Shown piece by piece: positions 1-10,753 of a stretch of 33,516 nucleotides of DNA (position 1 is its first letter; each line of letters starts with the position of its first letter). The stretch covers positions 44,163,793-44,197,308 of the forward strand of contig NC_068995.1 of NCBI RefSeq assembly GCF_001194135.2. The letters are read 5' to 3'. Under the pieces are notes generated by a model that was not told the origin of the DNA, made no database searches, and saw only the letters and a list, made by a program, of their open reading frames with translations. Position numbers and translations under genes: made by a program. Origin of the DNA: Octopus bimaculoides. Taxonomy: Eukaryota.

Positions 1-254
1 ATTTTGTTTAAAAGAGTTCCAACTCTGTCTGTTTTTTTTATGTTTTATTTATATTCTTGTAAAATTAATGTGGGATATAGAATATGGAATATACAATACA
101 TAATATAAAAATGGATGGTACAATGAAATAAAGTATTGAATGTCTTATTGAATATATGGAATATGTCTTATTGAATATATGAAATATTGAGTGTTCAATA
201 TAAAGGATTAAATATATAAATATATATATAAAGGCGAATACGTATTTTCTATAC

Positions 255-297
255 CTTGTGGTATTTCATCATGGCCGGTATGACAGACTTTAACAGA
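255..297 (-). CDS. Predicted internal coding exon (phase 2 to 0), (C)LLKSVIPAMMKYHK; gene probably continues left of the window
   Basis: Acceptor ctattacag, donor aag/gtatag, 43 bp. The open frame is the one required by the preceding exon (1702-1870). Confidence 0.45.
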
Positions 298-324
298 CTG
301 TAATAGACTGGCTGGTTTTCATTC

Positions 325-370
325 ACATACATACATACATACATACATACATACATACATACATACATAC
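325..370. repeat. (ACAT)n microsatellite
   Basis: Direct reading. Confidence 0.95.
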
Positions 371-524
371 ACATGCAATATGAACACACTACAAACCTAT
401 TTCACCCAAGAAATATATTGTTACCAAAATATAGAACCCCAAATCGTTATAACAGTTGCCGATTCTTTTTTGATTTTCTATGTAGAACGCGAAAACATCC
501 AATATGCGCTTGTTGAGTCTTGCA

Positions 525-665
525 TAGTATGATGCTTGATAAGTTCGCTTCGCAATCACATTATCACGGTTCCGATACCATTGTGTGGTAGCTTTGGTAA
601 GTATCTACAGCCATAGCTCAGTTCAGCCAAAGTTATGTGAGGGACATGAAATAGATTGTAACTGC
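525..665 (+). mobile_element. Old, diverged SINE family 1 copy
   Basis: Colinear degenerate similarity to 2275-2405. Confidence 0.5.
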
Positions 666-819
666 ACACAGGGTTATTGAGTGAATTGCATTTGTAATTA
701 AAAGGGCCAGTCTGCTAATAATGGTAAAATCGGAACGTTTCGTTGTTCATTTATATGAATCGGATGTTTCTTTTTGTTTTGTTTAGAAGAGAATATTGTT
801 TATGCTTTGTTTTTGGGAA

Positions 820-905
820 AAAGGGAGAGAGAGAGAGAAAGAAAAGCAAAGCGGGGGGAGGAATAAATAGAGAGAGAGGTTTCAGGACAATCAAGAAAGA
901 GTAGA

Positions 906-965
<60 letters not shown>

Positions 966-1421
966 GGATGGAGAGGGAAGAGAGAGAGNNNNNNNNNNNN
1001 NNNNNNNNNNNNNNNNNNNNNNNNNNNNNNNNNNNNNNNNNNNNNNNNNNNNNNNNNNNNNNNNNNNNNNNNNNNNNNNNNNNNNNNNNNNNNNNNNNNN
1101 NNNNNNNNNNNNNNNNNNNNNNNNNNNNNNNNNNNNNNNNNNNNNNNNNNNNNNNNNNNNNNNNNNNNNNNNNNNNNNNNNNNNNNNNNNNNNNNNNNNN
1201 NNNNNNNNNNNNNNNNNNNNNNNNNNNNNNNNNNNNNNNNNNNNNNNNNNNNNNNNNNNNNNNNNNNNNNNNNNNNNNNNNNNNNNNNNNNNNNNNNNNN
1301 NNNNNNNNNNNNNNNNNNNNNNNNNNNNNNNNNNNAAAATAGATAGAGAGAGAGAGAGATGTTTTAGGACAATCAAGAAAGAGGAGAAAAATAATAATAA
1401 TTATTATTATTATTATTATTA

Positions 1422-1477
<56 letters not shown>

Positions 1478-1520
1478 AAGGGTGGGGAAAGGATAGGGAA
1501 AGAGCGAGAGAGCGAGAGCT
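820..1520. repeat. Composite GA-rich/(AAT)n/(ATT)n tandem unit spanning a gap
   Basis: aggacaatcaagaaagag occurs at ~885 and ~1366, each followed by an AAT-type tract and a GA-rich segment. Confidence 0.8.
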
Positions 1521-1701
1521 AGGTTTCTTTTCAATTTGGTGTGGTCAATTCATAGAAATTTTATCTCTTTTCTTCTCCCTTCTTTTCTCTTTTTCCATTG
1601 TATACCTATCAACATATTTCTAAATAAACACATTTTCTCACAAGGGTTGGTGACCTTTCGTCCGATTCATATAAATGAACAACATAACGTTTTGTTTTTA
1701 C

Positions 1702-1870
1702 CATTTTGGTTTTGATTTTGTCTTGAGGAGTTCATAAACGCGTCGATCACTGACAAGACCAAGGAAGGCCGAGGTCTGGTGGTCTCGGCGCTGGGGGTGA
1801 CAGAGATTTATCTCCCCGTCAGCGTCATAAACATCTTGTTTGAGTCTATTGATTCTCATAGCGGAAACAG
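1702..1870 (-). CDS. Predicted coding exon (phase 1 to 2), (S)VSAMRINRLKQDVYDADGEINLCHPQRRDHQTSAFLGLVSDRRVYELLKTKSKPK
   Basis: GC-enriched 169-bp island in AT-rich flanks. Acceptor cattagcttacag, donor atg/gtaaaa, 55 open codons. The in-register antisense frame is also open, so strand is inferred from the exon chain. Confidence 0.6.
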
Positions 1871-2255
1871 CTGTAAGCTAATGAATTTTATAGGATATTC
1901 GTTTATTTCTTTGTCACCTCTTTTTTCTTAGAACTGATCTGTACTCGACTAACGCTTCCTTCAGAAGTTACGTATATTGAGTCCTACACCAGGATATTTG
2001 TATCGCAATACCTAAGCGAAATATATATACGTATATATATTTTTTTCAGCTAACACATTAGGGTGCTAACAAGTAGTACCGGTATGCTTATAGCAGTCAA
2101 AATGACCAAATCACAAACTTTCACTTAAACAGAAAGGTGAAAGCGGGCAAATGTATAAAAATACCGTGATGGAATTTTTACGCATGATAAGCCACTGATA
2201 TTATTATAAACAATAATATCCTCATATATATTCAAATTATATAAATATATATATA

Positions 2256-2429
2256 GGCGTAGGAGTGGCTGTGTGGTAAGTAGCTTGCTTACCAACCACA
2301 TGGTTCCGGGTTCAGTCCCACTGCGTGGCACCTTGGGCAAGTGTCTTCTACTATAGCCTCGGGCCCACCAAAGCCTTGTGAGTGGATTTGGTAGACGGAA
2401 ACTGAAAGAAGCCCGTCGTATATATGTAC

Positions 2430-2461
<32 letters not shown>

Positions 2462-2680
2462 ATATGTTTGTGTGTCTATGTTTGTCCCCCCCCCCCAACA
2501 TCGCTTGACAACCGATGCTTGTGTGTTTACGTCCCCGTAACTTAGCGGTTCGGCAAAATAGACCGATAGAATAAGTACTAGGCTTACTAAAAATAAGTCC
2601 TGGGGTCGATTTGCTCGACTAAAGGCGGTGCTCCAGCATGGCCACAGTCAAATGACTGAAACAAGTAAAAGAGTAAAAGA
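2256..2680 (+). mobile_element. tRNA-derived SINE, family 1 (CORE-like segment), near full length
   Basis: A-box-like tggctgtgtggtaag, B-box-like ggttcagtccc, MIR-core-like caccttgggcaagtg, internal (TA)/(TG) tract. Many related copies in the window. Confidence 0.85.
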
Positions 2681-2712
<32 letters not shown>

Positions 2713-2714
<2 letters not shown>

Positions 2715-2862
2715 GACATGTCTTTTAGTTTCCGTCTACCAAATCCACTCACAAGGCTTTGGTTGGACCGAGTTATAGAACACACTTACCCAAAATGCCA
2801 CGCAGTGTTGCAGAGCCATGTGGTTGAGAAGCAAACTTCTTACCATACAGCAACGCCTGCGC
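2713..2862 (-). mobile_element. SINE family 1, 5' half
   Basis: Reverse complement aligns to 2256-2420, with a 37-bp exact match (2727-2763 vs 2367-2403). Confidence 0.85.
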
Positions 2863-4135
2863 TTATACATTACTAAATGTGAGCAGGAAATAAATTCAAA
2901 TCATAAATTAAGCAAATGAAAAATAGCAATATAGAAATAAGTCATCGATAACGTGACAATGTCATTTTACAAGTAGGAATAGTCGCCAGGACTCAGTTTA
3001 TTCAAATTTAGTCCACCAGAATAAGGTTGTTCACAGACGTAATGACTAGATAAAATCAGTTTATGTAAGGTCATAAGGGAAAAATTAATATTACAAAATA
3101 TTTTTATGTAAGAGAGAAAAGCATATCTAAACATGATTCAAACGATGAAAAGAACTAACAATGTGATTTTCAAAATGTCTGCTGACTCACATCAAAAGTA
3201 TTAGAAATGCTACAAAAAAATTAGTTTAGCGTTCACAATATTTTTTCTCTTAATCAAAATGGCTTACAAGTGATTCTAGTATAATGGAAAGTTATTCAAA
3301 CAAAAAAAAATCATAAACATTTTGAAGGAGGAAAAACAATTTCGTACGTCTTGTCACCCCAAAATAAGCCCACTAAATAAAAAGCCAGTCACGTAATTAT
3401 AAAGAGCAAACATCGGTTGCTACACTACCTTCTCATAAGACAGGAGGCAGTAACCGAAAGTCCAAAACGTCACAGTGGGAAAAAATGTCTTTGAGTGTGA
3501 CGAGAAAACGGAAGACAAGAAAAAGAATTTTTGTTATGCGTGTGTGACTATGCATATGATAAAAAAATTCGGGCAAATCTTTTTGGCCATGGGATATATC
3601 TCGCAGATTTTGTGATATATTCTTGGAGTTATGCTCCAAGATGTTATAGATTGTTTGCTGTGAATATGTAAAGCAGTTTCTGTAAATGTTGTTGATACAT
3701 CAGTCACAAGAGTTTGCGAAGATTTGAACCAATGAATCTGTCTTTCAAAGAAAGTCGAGTTTAAACGATCTATCCTGATAGAGTCATTTTTGTTCAATTT
3801 TCTTTTCTTCTTTTGTTGTCCATTTTTTTCTCAGCGAAATATTGTGGTTTCATACAGAGGTCTGAATGAGGTGTTTGAGAATAGCGACTCTATGAACGAA
3901 ATTCTTCAAGGAAGTAAAACATTTCTGCAGGAAGAGGAGCTTTAACGTGTTTGGTGTCAAGAAACGATTGGTGGAATTTTTGTCGTATAAACAACTCATG
4001 CTTCGGGATGTGTCTCCTGGAGACATTTTATCCAAAGTAACGCTCATCCATCAGAGAATTTTTGCTATAATGCATCGATCTATTGGGGGCATTGGAGATA
4101 ATTTTCATTGGTATTGACATATTTCGCTAAACAAA

Positions 4136-4260
4136 GGTGTACAGAAGAATCTAACCTATAACCACGTGATTTCCAGGTAAATTTCATAACCACGTGATCT
4201 CTATGTAAATTTCATAACCACGCAGTCATATCTGTTTCCAGTATTGAAAACACTAATTTC
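4136..4260 (+). repeat. 125-bp module with 2.3 x 28-bp internal repeats, copy 1
   Basis: 121/125 identical to 7299-7423; repeat units start at 4158, 4186, 4214. Confidence 0.9.
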
Positions 4261-4918
4261 CAGATACGATTACTTGATTACCGACTCGAAGGATTAATAA
4301 ACAAATGCCCCCCATTACGTATGCAATAACTTTCTTGTGTGAATTATTACGAATACTAATGGAGAAATATTCCAGGTTGTAAACTTGGATAATTCTTCGG
4401 TAATGCATTTACGTTTCTAAGTGTTCAATATTGATGGATTGATCTTTCGCTCTCTTCAGATCCTAACATCATTATCGTCGTCATCGTCGTCATCATCATC
4501 ATCTTCATCACCATTGTCTTCATTATATTCATGCGTTGGGGCATCAGAAGAAATGCTTTGTGATATTTCTTGTGACATTTATACAGACAGACAGGCAGAT
4601 AGATAGAATGACTTCAAATCCGTGGAACTGACTGTATTGCGTTTCGAGTTCATAGAAATGTAGTTTGAAAATTACAATCATAAGATTAAAATTGGTTGCT
4701 GACAATATTTCCTCCATGTCATATCGACCAGCATTGCAGTCAGATATTAACATCATTTAACTGATGATGTAACTATTCTTATTACTTTTCATATTCGCTA
4801 GTGTTCACAAACAGAGTTTCTTAATTCAATTAATATATTCCGACGTTCTGAATTTATACACATACATACGCAAATACACACGCACACACATACACACGCA
4901 CACACATACACATACATG

Positions 4919-4919
<1 letters not shown>

Positions 4920-4985
<66 letters not shown>

Positions 4986-4991
4986 ATAGAT
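4920..4991. repeat. (TAGA)n microsatellite
   Basis: Direct reading. Confidence 0.95.
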
Positions 4992-5601
4992 GTGTTTGAT
5001 ATCACTTCATTTGTGACTTAAGAGATGTTACACAATTTCATATTTCTTAACAGAACTCTTGTATAGATCTTTTACTATTTTCTCTGCAAACTGCAAGGAG
5101 ACGGAACATTGTAAGATAATTAATGTCTGAAAATGCATTATGTATCAGTTGTACTTCACAAGTCTGAATGAAAGTTGTGCTTAATGCAATGTATCAGTGG
5201 AAAATTAGATAAGTATACAGTATTTGCGATATTCCATTTGGTAACAGAAAAAGCAACGCAAGGACACGATTCTAGTCAATGTTTTCTCAAAAGCAATTAG
5301 GAAATCGACATGGATATTGAATAAGTGAATACAGTCAATTTTGTTACTTTGCGAAATATCATCTATATATCTATTTCTACATCTATACTTATATTTATAT
5401 TTATCTATCTATATATATATATATATATAATCACATACATATGTGTGTATGCGTGTACATGTGTTGTCTGTGTATATATGTGTGTGTACATGTTCGTATA
5501 TACATTGGCGTCAGTTTGCATACAGTCTAAAGAACGAATTGCGCAGTGTTTGAAAAATGAACCATACATATTATACATACATGAGTGTGTGTTTGCATGT
5601 T

Positions 5602-5644
<43 letters not shown>

Positions 5645-5918
5645 NNNNNNNNNNNNNNNNNNNNNNNNNNNNNNNNNNNNNNNNNNNNNNNNNNNNNNNN
5701 NNNNNNNNNNNNNNNNNNNNNNNNNNNNNNNNNNNNNNNNNNNNNNNNNNNNNNNNNNNNNNNNNNNNNNNNNNNNNNNNNNNNNNNNNNNNNNNNNNNN
5801 NNNNNNNNNNNNNNNNNNNNNNNNNNNNNNNNNNNNNNNNNNNNNNNNNNNNNNNNNNNNNNNNNNNNNNNNNNNNNNNNNNNNNNNNNNNNNNNNNNNN
5901 NNNNNNNNNNNNATATAT

Positions 5919-6045
5919 GGCCTTCGTTCAGTTTCCGCCAACCAAATCCACTCACAAAGCTCTTAAGATTTTGCTTGGGCATAACGATACAAATAGCCAG
6001 GTGTTATGACATACTATACAGATTCTTTTGTCCAAAGCGCTAGGA
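5919..6045 (-). mobile_element. SINE family 1 fragment
   Basis: ttcagtttccgccaaccaaatccactcacaaagc matches the family central segment. Confidence 0.7.
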
Positions 6046-6599
6046 GAGTACAGAGCATAACATGAAATTAAATGAACGACAAGGGAATAGAAATCACGTA
6101 CGATACTTTATTACCTTACAGCTGTTTCTGTTGTAAGATGCAATGCACTAATCTCTTAGTTTACTGCATTTAGCAGAAACAACTTTAAGCTAATACAGTT
6201 TATTATTATGTGCATCCGCGCGCGCGTGCGTGCGTGTGTGTTTGAGTGTATGTGTGTGTGCGTGTGTGTGCATATATACATGCATATGCACATATATAAA
6301 TATTTGTGTGTATAATGTATTTAATCTTGTAATGCAAATTATGGTATATCTTTCTGGTATATGAATATGACAATAATGCTTGATATGTTAATGAATTATA
6401 TTTATATTTAGTTTAATCCTGCGTGTATTTACATCAACTTCATCACATGTTGTCGAGTGTTATCTTAGCATTAATATTAATATTAATATTTATAAATAAA
6501 TTATAATTATAATTTAATATTGGAAAAAATATAATTTATAATTTACATAACATACAAAATTCATATACCAATTAACGGAGCATAGGCTCAAAGCAGTGT

Positions 6600-6830
6600 T
6601 TAGGTATTAGGAGAATTTAGGTTAGTTGAAATATGTTTGTCACATATTTCAACTACTAAAGGCAAATACACTGCAGGTACCGTGAAGGAAAAATCTCTTA
6701 TGGTCAAAAGAGAGATTTTTTCACCACAGTAAGTGAAGTGCACTTGCCTTTAGAAGTTGAAAATATGTTTCGTTGAAATATGTGACAAACATATTTCAGC
6801 TCACCTGAATTATTCCCATATACTAATATA
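6600..6830. repeat. Fold-back / MITE-like inverted repeat
   Basis: 6625-6672 and 6737-6800 are inverted copies; weaker similarity extends outward. Confidence 0.65.
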
Positions 6831-6927
6831 TTCATATATCAAATATATCATGTAAGAGTTCGTTTAATATGTAGCCCTTTCTTAACGAAGGAGAGCACAT
6901 TTTAATGTTAATATATCTATATTTATA

Positions 6928-7145
6928 GGGCAGCGAGCTGGCAGAAACGTTAGCACGCCGGACGAAATGCTTAGCAGTATTTTGTCTGTCTTTACGTTCT
7001 GAGTTCAAATTCCGGCGAGATTGTCTTTGCCTTTCATCCTTTCGAAGTCGATAAATCTCATACCAGTTGTGTACTGAGGTCGATCTAATCGACTGGCCCT
7101 TTCCCCATAAATTTCAGGCCTTGTGCCCAGAGTAGAAAAGAATAT
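6928..7145 (+). mobile_element. tRNA-derived SINE, family 2 (Nin/Deu-domain-like)
   Basis: Head gagctggcagaaacgttag, B-box gagttcaaattcc, then ctttgcctttcatcctttcgaagtcgataaa, similar to the Deu/Nin domain core. Confidence 0.8.
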
Positions 7146-7158
7146 ATTTATATTTATA

Positions 7159-7298
7159 GGGCGGCGAGCAGGCAGAATCGTTAGCACCTCGAGCAAAATG
7201 CTTAATGGTATTTCGTCTGCTGTTACGTTCTGAGTCCAAATTCCTCCGAGGTCTACTTTGCCTTTCATCCCTTCGGAGTGGATTAAATCAAACCCAAT
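7159..7298 (+). mobile_element. SINE family 2, second tandem copy, 3'-truncated
   Basis: Colinear with 6928-7075, then runs into the 125-bp module. Confidence 0.8.
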
Positions 7299-7423
7299 GG
7301 TGTACAGAAGAATCTAACCTATAACCACGCGATTTCCAAGTAAATTTCATAACCATGTGATTTCTATGTAAATTTCATAACCACGCAGTCATATCTGTTT
7401 CCAGTATTGAAAACACTAATTTC
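7299..7423 (+). repeat. 125-bp module, copy 2
   Basis: Direct repeat of 4136-4260. Confidence 0.9.
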
Positions 7424-8154
7424 AAGGTACGATAAAGATATATATATATATCAATAAACATGTGCATATATATCTGTGTGCGTGCGTATGTGTGCGTGCG
7501 TATGTGTGCGTGTGTGTATCTGTGTGTGCGTGTGTGAGCGTATGCGTGTGTGTGTGTGTCTGTGTGTGTATGTGTGCGTGTGATCATAAGTTGAAAAGGC
7601 AAAAGTAAACAACACAGTTATATACTGTTATATAGTGATGAATTATTAACGATTCAAAAAATATTTATTAATTTCTTTTAACAAAAGCGACAACTGACAG
7701 TTCCAAATTTGTATTTTCTTGGAAATATATTTAGAACTTCGTCAGACCATAGAAAGCAGATTATATGAGATTTAAATTTTTCTTAACATATATGTGCATG
7801 TATATATAAATGTGTGCGTACGCGTGTGCATGTGTGTGTATGTGTGCGTGTATTCCTAACTGGAGTTTTGGCGGTTATTTTCATTTGCCATCTATGCGGT
7901 AGAAACGAGTGAAAGGGGGTTTTGTTCGTGTTCTCTTCGTTATTTCTTTGTGCAAACACTCATCGCTAAAGTTATAAAGTCTTGCAAACTTTTCGTATGT
8001 TGAGATTGGTGGAGAGGATGAATGGATAGATCGATCGTTCGATCGATAAATATAGAATTAATATATCTCTGCAAGCCATAAATGACATGATTGTCTCCAG
8101 ATTCAGAAGATTCTAGCAAACGTAAAATAAATTGACCATAAAAGTGTGCCTTAC

Positions 8155-8199
8155 ACGCCATAGTTCCACCTTTGGTCAGGTCATTAGCAATGTACAAGA
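8155..8199 (-). CDS. Predicted 45-bp coding exon (phase 1 to 1), (V)LYIANDLTKGGTMA
   Basis: Acceptor after a long pyrimidine tract (ctcttctccttccggtag), donor cgt/gtaagg. Only one frame is open and it fits both neighbours. Confidence 0.5.
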
Positions 8200-9130
8200 C
8201 TACCGGAAGGAGAAGAGTGAGAGAGAAAAATAACTCAAGGAAACAAGAGAAATAAGAGAAAAATATGAGCGAAGGGAATGAGAGTATGAAAAGGTAGTCG
8301 AGAAGGTGTAAGAGAGGGAGGGGGAGGAGTAAGAAAAGGAAAGGGGAAGATTATTTAAATAGATGTTGTAGAGAGATACCAGACGAAAAAGAAGGAATGA
8401 AATATAATGTATAGAGTGAGGGAAAAATTGGTTGTATTAGAAAGCTAGGTTTATAAGTCGGTATAAAAATTGCAGATCGAATGTAATATGTATGACGATT
8501 AAATAACGGTTGAGTGCAGGGGTCAGAAGGTGATCCCTGCTCAGGAAATTTATAGAATTTATGAGAGAATATTTCTTGATATCACGATCGACAAAATAAA
8601 GACAAATTTGGCAGTATCGTAATGTAATTATCCAAGGAATGTTACTTAATTACATCCTTTTGTGATGAGAAACAATTATTATGCTAATGACAAAACTTTA
8701 TCAGGAAAGATAGAAGAAACAAGCTCCAGATTTTAAATTAATTAAAAATAGAATGCAATGAGTCTGACTTTCAGCACAGCGGTGACAATATTGTGCGTGT
8801 TTCAGTCGTATAAGACCTAATTAGCTAAGTATAGTCAAATCACTTAGATGGCTAAAGAAGCATATGAGATTTGTGTGGGTAGATACAGGATGTAGATATG
8901 TTACGTTAAGAGAACAACTGGGACAAAATACCCAACAAAGGTTGCTGCATAAAATATTAATGAGTGTTAAAAAACTAAATGTAGTAAGACAAGAATAATT
9001 ATTTCAGACAGAATCATGTCGCTGTTATCACAACCCCGATACATATCTGGTTTATTTCCCAGGGCATTTGCTTTTACAAAGTCATTTACATCTTAATTTA
9101 TTAATAGGTACGCACGAGTGTGTGTATGTG

Positions 9131-9515
9131 CGCGCGCGTGAGTGTTCTAAGAAGTTTGCTTCCCAACCACATGGCTCCAGGTTCAATCCCACTCTGTGAC
9201 ACCTATCCACTGTAGCTTCAAGCCAACTAAAACCTTGCGAGTGGATTTGGTAGATAGAAACTGAAAGAAGCCTGTCGTGTATGTGTGTGTGCACGTGTGG
9301 GCGAGTGAGTATACGTGAGTGTATGTGTGTGTATGTATTTGTGCCTGTATTAGTCCCCACCAATGCTTGACATCGGGTGTTGGTGTGCTCACGTCCCCGA
9401 TATATGAAGTACCAGGTTTTAACAAATAAGTACTGGGGCCGATTCTTCGGCAAAAATTCTTGAAGGTGATACCGGAGGCATGGCCGTAGTCTAACGCCTG
9501 AATCAAGTAAAAGAT
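9131..9515 (+). mobile_element. SINE family 1, diverged, near full length
   Basis: Colinear with 2256-2680: head, gtggatttggtag, TG tract, 3' body. Confidence 0.8.
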
Positions 9516-9544
9516 AATAGATTAAGGATAAAAGATATACGGTG

Positions 9545-9694
9545 GGCTTCTTTCAGTTTCTGTCAACCAAATTCATTCACAACAATTTGGTCAGGCTGAG
9601 GCTATAGTACAAGACATTTGCCCAGGGTACCACGCATTGAAACTGAACCTTGTACCATGCGGTTCGGAAGCAAACATCTTACCACACAGCCACG
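9545..9694 (-). mobile_element. SINE family 1, 5' half
   Basis: ggcttctttcagtttc ... cttaccacacagccac is the reverse complement of the family head. Confidence 0.8.
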
Positions 9695-9722
9695 TGTGTG
9701 TGTGTATGTACGCATGCGTTTA

Positions 9723-9753
<31 letters not shown>

Positions 9754-10261
9754 GTCTGTACATGTGTGTGTGTGTGTGTTTGTGAACGTATGTATATGTA
9801 TATATGTATATATATTTATGTATGTGCATAAAAAAAATAAGTCTCTGAATAACAGTTTACTGTTATTTGTATTAAGATTAACTTGAAAGAAGCGACAGCA
9901 ATTATAACATTACATACTCTAGTTAAAACAATCTCCTGTTCTACGATTCACACATACTTATGAAATATTCCTTCCATTCTTCGTTATATAATTTTCTTAT
10001 TGTCATACATTGCCTTACGGAAATCATTTCTGCGAACATTCGCTGCTCGCGAAATTAAGTGTTATATTGTATTATCGAGACTCATTCAAATTATAGCAAA
10101 TTAGTTGCATTAAACGACTAAATTAGGTATCGATTTTAGTTTTAATGTATGGCCTTTGATATGTTCTAAATTGCAGAGGCTTAACTGAATTATAAAGCTG
10201 TTATTGTTCGTAGTAATCATGAAGGTAACCATCTTGTTCGTCAGCACTCATCTTCAGCTCT

Positions 10262-10274
10262 GTGTGGCGCGCGC

Positions 10275-10308
<34 letters not shown>

Positions 10309-10376
10309 TTATATATATATATTTATTTACGTACGTATATATATATGCATATATATATATATATATAAATTTATTC

Positions 10377-10407
<31 letters not shown>

Positions 10408-10418
10408 TAAATTTATTC

Positions 10419-10450
<32 letters not shown>

Positions 10451-10560
10451 GTATATATATATATGTATATGTATATATATGTATATATGTATGTATATGT
10501 GTATATATATATATGTGTGTTATGTAGATTCTGTATGTATGTATAAGTATATGTATGTGT
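10262..10560. repeat. Compound (GT)n/(AT)n/(ATGT)n microsatellite
   Basis: Direct reading. Confidence 0.9.
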
Positions 10561-10701
10561 GATCGTGCACGCGTGTGTATGTGAAAGTATGCAGTTGGTT
10601 CTGTTTATATTTATCTTGGAATGTTTGTGAGGTTTATATGTGTACACATTTGTGTAGGTAAACATCCTTTTATCTATATATATGTGTGTGTATGTGTATT
10701 A

Positions 10702-10753
<52 letters not shown>

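Noticed and set aside
1728-1872. Plus-strand exon EFINASITDKTKEGRGLVVSALG... with donor gtaagc, and a PTP-like FINAS motif
   Set aside because: It is the exact in-register antisense of the minus exon. The acceptor is a rare GAG, no compatible plus exons were found, and no IATQGP follows. Not fully excluded.
2256-2330. SINE heads as tRNA genes
   Set aside because: A/B boxes are present, but there is no cloverleaf and they continue into SINE bodies.
4158-4225. 28-bp direct repeats as a CRISPR array
   Set aside because: The units are contiguous with no spacers, in a eukaryotic context.
4544-4756. Track ORF MMLISDCNAGRYDMEEILS...
   Set aside because: Bounded by a stop, includes a ctgt/ctat microsatellite, and has no usable splice sites.
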